Of a stretch of 30,526 nucleotides of DNA, positions 24,606 to 30,526 are shown piece after piece. The position numbers and the translations under genes were made by a program. This DNA is from a virus. The stretch lies in the UHGV virus genome UHGV-0142065, one strand, 5' to 3'. Under the pieces are notes generated by a model. That model was not told where the DNA came from. It was given only the letters and a program-made list of their open reading frames with translations, and ran no database searches. Position 1 is the stretch's first letter. Each line of letters opens with the position of its first letter.

Positions 24606-26299
24606 AAGACATTGAAAAGGCTGCCGGATTTCTGAATCTTTTCTCGGATAATGTATCCGCGGGAATGGATGTAGAGCCGGTTACATGGATACGTGAAAAT
24701 GTGGTAGACCAGCAATCGGCAAGGTCTTCCCACATTGATTTTACATTGAGCCCGTTCCTGCTGGACCCCATTGACAAATTCTTGAATGACGGTACGGTCA
24801 AGCACATTAACCTGATGGCGCCAACCGGCTCCGGCAAATCAACATTGTTTGTAGGTCTGCTTAATTACCTCATTGCCAATGATGCCGGAAATACCCTTGT
24901 CGCGTTTCAGAATGAGCAGGAAACATCTGATTTTGCGGAGACGCGGCTTTTCCCCACGTTCCGCGACAACAAAGCCCTGAAGGATTTGTTACCAAAGAAA
25001 AGGCATGCGGCCAGGAAAACGGAAATCCTTTTCCCGCACATGAATTTGTGGATGGTATCCGCTACCAAGGGCCAGTTGCAGTCAAAGTCCTGCCGGTATT
25101 TGATTGGTGATGAAATGTGGGCATGGGAAAAGGGGATGGTGCGGGAGTTCCTGGCCCGCCACCATGACCGGTTCAACCGTAAAATCTTGATGGTCTCCCA
25201 GGGGGGCGACAAGGGGACGGACTGGGTTGACGAGTACGGCAAGGGCCGCATCCATCATTACCATTGGCAATGCCCCGGCTGCCAGGGGTGGAACGCTTAT
25301 GACTGGCGGGATGTCATCTACAGTAAAGAGGAAAATATTGATTGGGAGCGTTTTAAGGAATCCGTCAAAATGGTGTGCCCGCGCTGCTCTCATGAAATAG
25401 AAGATACCGTGAACAACCGGCGCCGACTGGCCAGCGGCGGCAAGTACGTGTTTTCCGGCAACACAAGCGCGTTGCCGGAGATAGTGAGCTACAATTTTAA
25501 TGCTTTGGCTTGTTACTGGGTGTCATGGGCTGATCTGGCTGTGGAGTGGATTCTTGCCAATCAAAAAAAGCGGAAGGGGGACATAGAGCCGCTTAAAAAG
25601 TTTATCCAGAAACGGCTTGCTCAAAACATTGTGGATTTGGGCGAAAAAGACGACGTGTTGAAAATCCCACTCACGGCGGAAAGTATGGAAGGGTACACCG
25701 TGGAAGACGAACGGACCCGTTTCCTGACCGTGGACGTCCAGAAGGGGCACTTTTGGCATACGGTTTATGCCGTTGACGCTGGCGGCTCCTTTCATTTGCT
25801 TTCGGAGGGGCGCCTTGAAACGTTGGAAGATATTGAATGTAAACAATCTCAATTCAATGTGCCTGATCATTGCGTGGCTCTGGACTGTGCCTTTGATACG
25901 GATGCCGTTCGAAAGATATGCGGTCTTCATCATTGGTTTTCAATGAACGGTACTGTTAAAGAGGAGTACCTGCACAAAATCAAGGGGAGGGGAATTAAAC
26001 TGATTTATGCGCCCATCGAACGGCATATTGTTGAGGGGGTGCAGTGCCTTCACTTCAATTTTTCCTCCCAACGGGCGAAGGATGTTCTTGCCGCGCGGAT
26101 TAAAACGGGGCATTTCAAGGTTCCTCATAATGTTTCTGCTGAATACATTAAGCAGATGCAAGCCGAAAGCAAGCAGGAATCCATAGACAAGCGTACTGGG
26201 CGGGTCTCCCTCAAGTGGCTTGCCTCCGGGAATAACTCTCACATGTGGGACTGTTCCTGCATGGCGGTAATTTTTGCCATGATTCACCGGGTCATTTAA
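24602..26299 (+). CDS. terminase large subunit (lambda GpA-like family)
   Basis: Walker A APTGSGKST; Cys pairs CPGCQGW ... CPRCSHE analogous to the lambda gpA zinc-finger-like region; C-terminal nuclease-like domain; 565 aa. Confidence 0.8.
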   Translation: MKDIEKAAGFLNLFSDNVSAGMDVEPVTWIRENVVDQQSARSSHIDFTLSPFLLDPIDKFLNDGTVKHINLMAPTGSGKSTLFVGLLNYLIANDAGNTLVAFQNEQETSDFAETRLFPTFRDNKALKDLLPKKRHAARKTEILFPHMNLWMVSATKGQLQSKSCRYLIGDEMWAWEKGMVREFLARHHDRFNRKILMVSQGGDKGTDWVDEYGKGRIHHYHWQCPGCQGWNAYDWRDVIYSKEENIDWERFKESVKMVCPRCSHEIEDTVNNRRRLASGGKYVFSGNTSALPEIVSYNFNALACYWVSWADLAVEWILANQKKRKGDIEPLKKFIQKRLAQNIVDLGEKDDVLKIPLTAESMEGYTVEDERTRFLTVDVQKGHFWHTVYAVDAGGSFHLLSEGRLETLEDIECKQSQFNVPDHCVALDCAFDTDAVRKICGLHHWFSMNGTVKEEYLHKIKGRGIKLIYAPIERHIVEGVQCLHFNFSSQRAKDVLAARIKTGHFKVPHNVSAEYIKQMQAESKQESIDKRTGRVSLKWLASGNNSHMWDCSCMAVIFAMIHRVI

Positions 26300-26322
26300 G
26301 CGCAACGGGCGCGCACTAGTGT

Positions 26323-27876
26323 ATGATGATTTTATGTCAGGGCGCCACATTTGATATTGCTACTACCAGCGGCATTGCTCAATCGGTGATGCTGCGTTTT
26401 GTGGACGGTGACGGCGCGGCAAAAGACATATCCGGAAACACGTTCCGCTGCGCTGTCCGCGGTCCCGGCGCCGCCGCTATTAAATGCGAGCCTATTGACG
26501 CCACAAGCGCGCGCCTTGCATGGAGCCCCCTAAAAGCTGGGGCTCATGCCTATGATCTGTTCATGGCTGCGCCAGACGGCGCAGAACGGCCCTTGATTAT
26601 GGGAGAAATCCAGGCCGCCCCCCGTGTCACGCCACCAGGAAATGAAGACGTGGTAACGATAGGCGACATTAAAATCATAGTCCCCGACGCCGCAGACGGA
26701 GAAGTTAAAATCATTGACCCTTCCGCGGATGCTGCAGAACGTGCGGAGGCCGCAGCTCAAAAAGCCGAAACTGCCGGAACTGATGCCGATACCGCACGGA
26801 AGGATGCGGAAAATGCTCTGAAATTGGCGAACGATGCTGCCGCATCCGCACAAAAGGCCCTTGCCGCCATCCCGCAGGTAGATGCTGTGGGTAATATGAT
26901 GCTGGAGGGTGGTCTGACTGCGAACGGCACCATCAACGCCAATGGTGGCATCAATATTCCGCTTACCGTGGGAGCGCAAACAGGCACGGCAGCCGTGAAC
27001 CGCCTGTATGCCGCAGGAATGGCCGGAGTGACGGACATTTATACCCAGCATGTCTACCTGAACACGGGCGCTATTACGGCGACAGGTACGGCATCTACTA
27101 AAATTCTGATACCTGGCCAGTACGCGCAGACAAACGTCCTGGCCAATACGCACAGTACTGTTATACATACTTTCACGGGGCCGCACGGCCAATGGAATTA
27201 TTCCAGTTTCGCCGGATTTTCTATCCCCTACCAATTAACGGCGGCTGGCAAAATCACCGTAGATATTGGGCGCGGGAGCAAGACGACGCGGCAAGATTTA
27301 TCCCTGGACTCATACAGCATCATTCCCGGTAATAATCTGGCGTACAATACCGGGGAGATACTGGATATTACGTTTGATAATGTGCGCGATACGGCCCGCA
27401 ATGGCTATGTGATCCGCGTCCGTGAAATATACTGTACCGAGTCCACGCAGCTCTGGAAGGTTAAAACCACAACCAGCTTTATCCCTGCTTCCGGTAACGA
27501 GCCAATACCTTATATAGTTAACAAGATCATCTACCAGCAATATGAGCCACGCTCCTACATTGCGGGGGATTATGGCGACGCTTACGGGGCATTGTTTTTG
27601 CTGACCGGAAGCGGTAGCATTCAGCAATTGTGGATGATTGCCACGGTACGAGGGGTTACGACTTTTGAAACGGGGACGGGGTTTAATCGCATTGTGTCAG
27701 ACATGCCGGGGATTGCAGACGGTAGCGTTGCGCTCCTTGTCGGGTCTGCGGAGCGCACCAACTACCAACCGGGCAATGTCAACCCGGTTTACTATGCCCT
27801 GGCCGCGATAGCCGAAAATGCCATTGAAACCGAAGAAACGACTGATTTTGAAGATATTAACGTACCAATAGGATGA
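26323..27876 (+). CDS. tail fibre protein
   Basis: N-terminal domain, then Ala-rich coiled coil AERAEAAAQKAETAGTDADTARKDAENALKLANDAAASAQKALAA, then Gly/Thr/Asn-rich C-terminal domain. Confidence 0.6.
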   Translation: MMILCQGATFDIATTSGIAQSVMLRFVDGDGAAKDISGNTFRCAVRGPGAAAIKCEPIDATSARLAWSPLKAGAHAYDLFMAAPDGAERPLIMGEIQAAPRVTPPGNEDVVTIGDIKIIVPDAADGEVKIIDPSADAAERAEAAAQKAETAGTDADTARKDAENALKLANDAAASAQKALAAIPQVDAVGNMMLEGGLTANGTINANGGINIPLTVGAQTGTAAVNRLYAAGMAGVTDIYTQHVYLNTGAITATGTASTKILIPGQYAQTNVLANTHSTVIHTFTGPHGQWNYSSFAGFSIPYQLTAAGKITVDIGRGSKTTRQDLSLDSYSIIPGNNLAYNTGEILDITFDNVRDTARNGYVIRVREIYCTESTQLWKVKTTTSFIPASGNEPIPYIVNKIIYQQYEPRSYIAGDYGDAYGALFLLTGSGSIQQLWMIATVRGVTTFETGTGFNRIVSDMPGIADGSVALLVGSAERTNYQPGNVNPVYYALAAIAENAIETEETTDFEDINVPIG

Positions 27877-28283
27877 ACAACGAAGAGATACAGATACAAT
27901 TCCCCCGGCCCGGACAATGGGGAGAATTCGCCTTGACGGCCATCTACCGGGATGCGGAGGGCTACGCCCACACGGACCGCTACACGCAAGACGACATCCC
28001 CGCCGACCAAGCCCCGGCCATGCAGGCTGTAGTTGCCGCGCTGGTGGGACTGGCGGAACCGTGGAAAGCCTCCCAGGTGTGGGCGCGGCTGGGGAAAGAT
28101 GCTCTAAGCCTTACGGAAGACGGAACCTATGAAATGATTGAGGCCGTGTCTCTGACCGTCGAGGCCGTCAATGACCAGGGAGGCAGACGGATATTCACCA
28201 TCATCAATTACCCGGCTTTTGTCCTCACGGACCCCGCCGCCGTGGCATTTTTCAAATACTTCACAAAGCAAAACCATGAGTAA
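27873..28283 (+). CDS. hypothetical protein (possible fibre assembly / accessory)
   Basis: Start overlaps the fibre stop (ATGA). Confidence 0.4.
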   Translation: MNNEEIQIQFPRPGQWGEFALTAIYRDAEGYAHTDRYTQDDIPADQAPAMQAVVAALVGLAEPWKASQVWARLGKDALSLTEDGTYEMIEAVSLTVEAVNDQGGRRIFTIINYPAFVLTDPAAVAFFKYFTKQNHE

Positions 28284-28599
28284 GTTAAGTGACGAACAAA
28301 AGAAGGCCGCCCTGGAGGCGGGGAAGCAGGGCATGAAGAATGCCTACGAAAAAAGCAAAACTAAACCCGGCCTGAAATGGTGGGAACGCCTTTTGTGGGT
28401 GGTCCTGGCGGGGGCGGCCTATGCGGCGTCCGCTTTACTGGGAGGCTGTGGGCACTCCGTAGACGTGACCCCAGGCCGCACGGAGGTCTGCAAGGACGGT
28501 TCCTGCCTCGTCATTGAGCAGGGGCATATCTCCTATTCCCAGGCCCAGCCCAAGACGGAGGTTCAGCCCGTCGTACAGGTAATTCCCACCAAGAAATAA
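28276..28599 (+). CDS. single-pass membrane protein of the lysis cassette (spanin- or antiholin-like; tentative)
   Basis: ATG 28276 overlaps the upstream stop. One TM helix (LLWVVLAGAAYAASALLGG) followed by a Cys and a ~55-aa presumably periplasmic tail. Confidence 0.4.
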   Translation: MSKLSDEQKKAALEAGKQGMKNAYEKSKTKPGLKWWERLLWVVLAGAAYAASALLGGCGHSVDVTPGRTEVCKDGSCLVIEQGHISYSQAQPKTEVQPVVQVIPTKK

Positions 28600-28602
28600 A
28601 CC

Positions 28603-28896
28603 GTGAACAGTTTGGGCATGTTGATCACGATCGGGGCATCGTTGGCTGCCTCAAGCGGCGTCCTTACGTCTATTGACCCTGCTTTATCCGACGTGGCGGG
28701 TATGGGTAGTTTGGGGGTCATGGGCTGGGTTGTCACGATGGTGCTCAAAATGCGCCGTGAGGACCAGCAGCGCCATCAGGATCAGATGGAGAAAAAGGAT
28801 GCCAAGATTGACGCCCTGATGACTCAACTGATCAACAAGTGCCCAAGCTGCGAGCTGGCGAAAGCCGCCAACAAATCCCTTATTGACGAGGATTAA
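28603..28896 (+). CDS. holin-like protein (two TM helices plus charged C-terminal tail)
   Basis: GMLITIGASLAASSGVLTSI and GSLGVMGWVVTMVL hydrophobic segments, then KMRREDQQRHQDQMEKKDAK; directly upstream of the lysin. Confidence 0.45.
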   Translation: MNSLGMLITIGASLAASSGVLTSIDPALSDVAGMGSLGVMGWVVTMVLKMRREDQQRHQDQMEKKDAKIDALMTQLINKCPSCELAKAANKSLIDED

Positions 28897-28915
28897 ACAA
28901 CAAAACGAACAAGTT

Positions 28916-29497
28916 ATGAACAACACTGAAAGAAACATGGCTGCGGCCATCCTCCGCTTTGAAGACAGCCGCGTGACCGGTCCGACCTCCCTGCGCGTCT
29001 CTCGTCTTCCTGCCGCTGACAAGGGCGGCAAGTGGGAGATTTGCGGCATTTGCGACGGCATTGAACCCGCGGTATTCAACCGCCTCAAAGCCTTGCTTGA
29101 TGCCGGGAAACGGGAAGAAGCCTGGGAGGGCTGCCTTCAGTACGTCCTGGACAATACCGCCGCGGTCCGCGCCTGGATTGGTTCTGACGCCCATCCGGGC
29201 ATTGAGTTCTTCCTCCGGGACCACTATTTCAATTCCGGCAGCAAGAACACCGGGAAGATATTGCAGCGCGTCCTCGACAAACATCATTCCGGCCTCACTG
29301 TGGATGGCATCATTGGCCCCATGTCCAAGGCATTTCTGCATAATTCCCTATCGCGTGGTAATGATGTAGCATTCCTTGATGACCTCCGGGAACAGCGAGC
29401 AGCCTTCTACCGCTCCTGCAAGCAGTTCCCGACCTTCGGGAAGGGCTGGCTGCGCCGCTGTGACGACGCCTTCAGCTTTGCCCGTTCCCTAGCTTAG
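28916..29497 (+). CDS. endolysin: GH108-like muramidase with C-terminal PG_binding_3-like segment
   Basis: FNSGSKNTGKILQRVL ... VDGIIGPMSKAFL matches the GH108 / peptidoglycan-binding pattern (FD.AVNSG ... DGIIGPKT). Alternative start at 28883. Confidence 0.65.
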   Translation: MNNTERNMAAAILRFEDSRVTGPTSLRVSRLPAADKGGKWEICGICDGIEPAVFNRLKALLDAGKREEAWEGCLQYVLDNTAAVRAWIGSDAHPGIEFFLRDHYFNSGSKNTGKILQRVLDKHHSGLTVDGIIGPMSKAFLHNSLSRGNDVAFLDDLREQRAAFYRSCKQFPTFGKGWLRRCDDAFSFARSLA

Positions 29498-29519
29498 AGA
29501 GACGTTCCAAGACGCAAAA

Positions 29520-29550
29520 AGCGCCCTCTTAAACGGGGGCGCTACTTTCA
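29520..29550. terminator. hairpin terminator after the lysin, marking the end of the GC-normal phage block
   Basis: agcgccc tcttaaacgg gggcgct, followed by actttc; preceded by an A5 run, so possibly bidirectional. Confidence 0.4.
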
Positions 29551-29687
29551 GAAAAAATCCTTATTTCTCTTGTCTTGGCTTGTTTTTAGGCAATTCTTTT
29601 GGACAAAGAGAAGATGGGAGTTTCATCTTATCCATTGAAATAGGACGGAGATGTACTGATTTTCTGTCACTATTTGCAATTAATTCC

Positions 29688-30269
29688 TTATTCGATTTTT
29701 CCGTCTGTCTGTTGTTGATGGGGCGTTCTGTCATGGCTGTTTGATATAGTTTTAAAAGAAAGATACACAGTACTTGCCAACGCTAGCAAGAATAAAACAG
29801 ATCCTATGAAGTTACAATATTTTATTACTGTATCCATTTTCTTTGCTTTTGCCTCACTTCTGGCAGCCTGTTCATTTTCTTCATTTAGTTGATGCGCTAT
29901 GCTGTCAGCGCACTTCCGATGAAGTCTTGCTCCAGCAAGGAATGAGAGCATCACACAAGGAACAACTCCTGACCACAAAGTCAGGGATAGGAGGAATGGT
30001 GTGGCAGAAAATACTATATTTTCTCCTTTTAACAGATACCATATTAGAGCAATGGCGGAGGACGAAATTGTAATAGTTGTTTTATCCCAATTAGCTTGCG
30101 CTCGTGATGAGACTTCTAATTCTCGAAGCCTTTCTTGTTGTTGTATTTTATAGTTTTCTAAAAAAACAGTATTTTCTAACTCACAGCGGATTCTTTCAGT
30201 TTCATCTATTTGTTGCTTTGTATCTTGTTTAGGGACATTTCCTGTTATAAGTGAGATATTGAATTCCAT
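29688..30269 (-). CDS. AT-rich 193-aa membrane protein: N-terminal coiled-coil region plus three predicted TM helices; unknown function
   Basis: Hydrophobic runs ITISSSAIALIWYLL, FSATPFLLSLTLWSGVVPCVMLSFLAG and FIGSVLFLLALASTVYLSF; GC well below the phage block. Confidence 0.5.
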   Translation of the reverse strand: MEFNISLITGNVPKQDTKQQIDETERIRCELENTVFLENYKIQQQERLRELEVSSRAQANWDKTTITISSSAIALIWYLLKGENIVFSATPFLLSLTLWSGVVPCVMLSFLAGARLHRKCADSIAHQLNEENEQAARSEAKAKKMDTVIKYCNFIGSVLFLLALASTVYLSFKTISNSHDRTPHQQQTDGKIE

Positions 30270-30506
30270 AATAAAATATTTTTTAGTAGGAATATTTTAT
30301 TTATAAAAATTAAGATGGTAGCTTTCTAATTTGAGATATTTCCTGCTACTTTTATTATCAAAGAATAGAACATAACATGGTCTTTGAGTGATACTGGATT
30401 TGTATTTTATTCCATGAATTTTTCTATTCCCAATTTTGTTATTCATTATATATTCACATATTTTTTGAGTAGGTTTATAGTTGCGAGGTTTTCTATTTGG
30501 AGGAAT

Positions 30507-30526
30507 ACTTATTTCATGAGTAAAAT
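30507..30526 (+). CDS. 5' end of an ORF running off the window (MSK...), preceded by a GGAGG SD
   Basis: ggaggaatacttatttcATGagtaaaat at the window edge. Confidence 0.2.

Noticed and set aside
26530-27234. 234-aa minus-strand ORF inside the tail fibre gene
   Set aside because: Antisense of the Ala-rich coiled-coil coding region. Such regions often leave the opposite strand open.
1-30526. Possibility that the window is a circular phage genome whose ends join
   Set aside because: The first and last ~50 nt show no overlap or terminal repeat. The junction would create only a 7-codon ORF from the ATG at 30507.
1-30526. Scan for tRNA, CRISPR repeats and transposase/IS termini
   Set aside because: No GGTTCGAATCC-like T-loop consensus in intergenic regions, no regularly spaced direct repeats with unique spacers, and no DDE/HUH transposase-like ORF were seen. 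Absence is by eye only.

Overview
Almost the whole window is one lambdoid-type temperate siphovirus genome (a prophage or phage contig). GC looks mid-50s % by eye, with three islands of roughly 30-35% GC. Left third (44-8868): an immunity switch, in which an S24-peptidase cI/LexA-like repressor is divergent from an RHH Cro-like gene and back-to-back sigma70-type promoters are readable. A rightward early operon follows. It holds a RecT/YqaJ-exonuclease pair, a DUF1064 nuclease-like protein, Lar-like and ASCH-like small proteins, several Cys-rich mini-proteins, and a replication-initiator-like gene with iteron-like repeats inside its coding sequence. A tyrosine integrase (8918-10204, minus strand) sits in the interior of the element. 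It is followed by about 500 bp of non-coding DNA. Then comes a lambda-like head module: gpW-like, portal, S49 prohead protease, scaffold, capsid, and a strong intrinsic terminator. Neck genes follow, then a second strong hairpin terminator preceded by a tiny SD-driven ORF. The tail genes show the conserved -1 G/GT chaperone frameshift, then tape measure and distal tail proteins. A GT-A glycosyltransferase plus HTH gene pair comes next, then Nu1/GpA-like small and large terminase (displaced from the portal), a tail fibre and a lysis cassette (membrane protein, holin, GH108-like lysin). The last ~1 kb is AT-rich and encodes an oppositely oriented 3-TM protein. I recognised no rRNA, tRNA, CRISPR array or transposase. 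All calls rest on motif recognition by eye from the sequence and ORF track; I could run no database search, so every product name is provisional.
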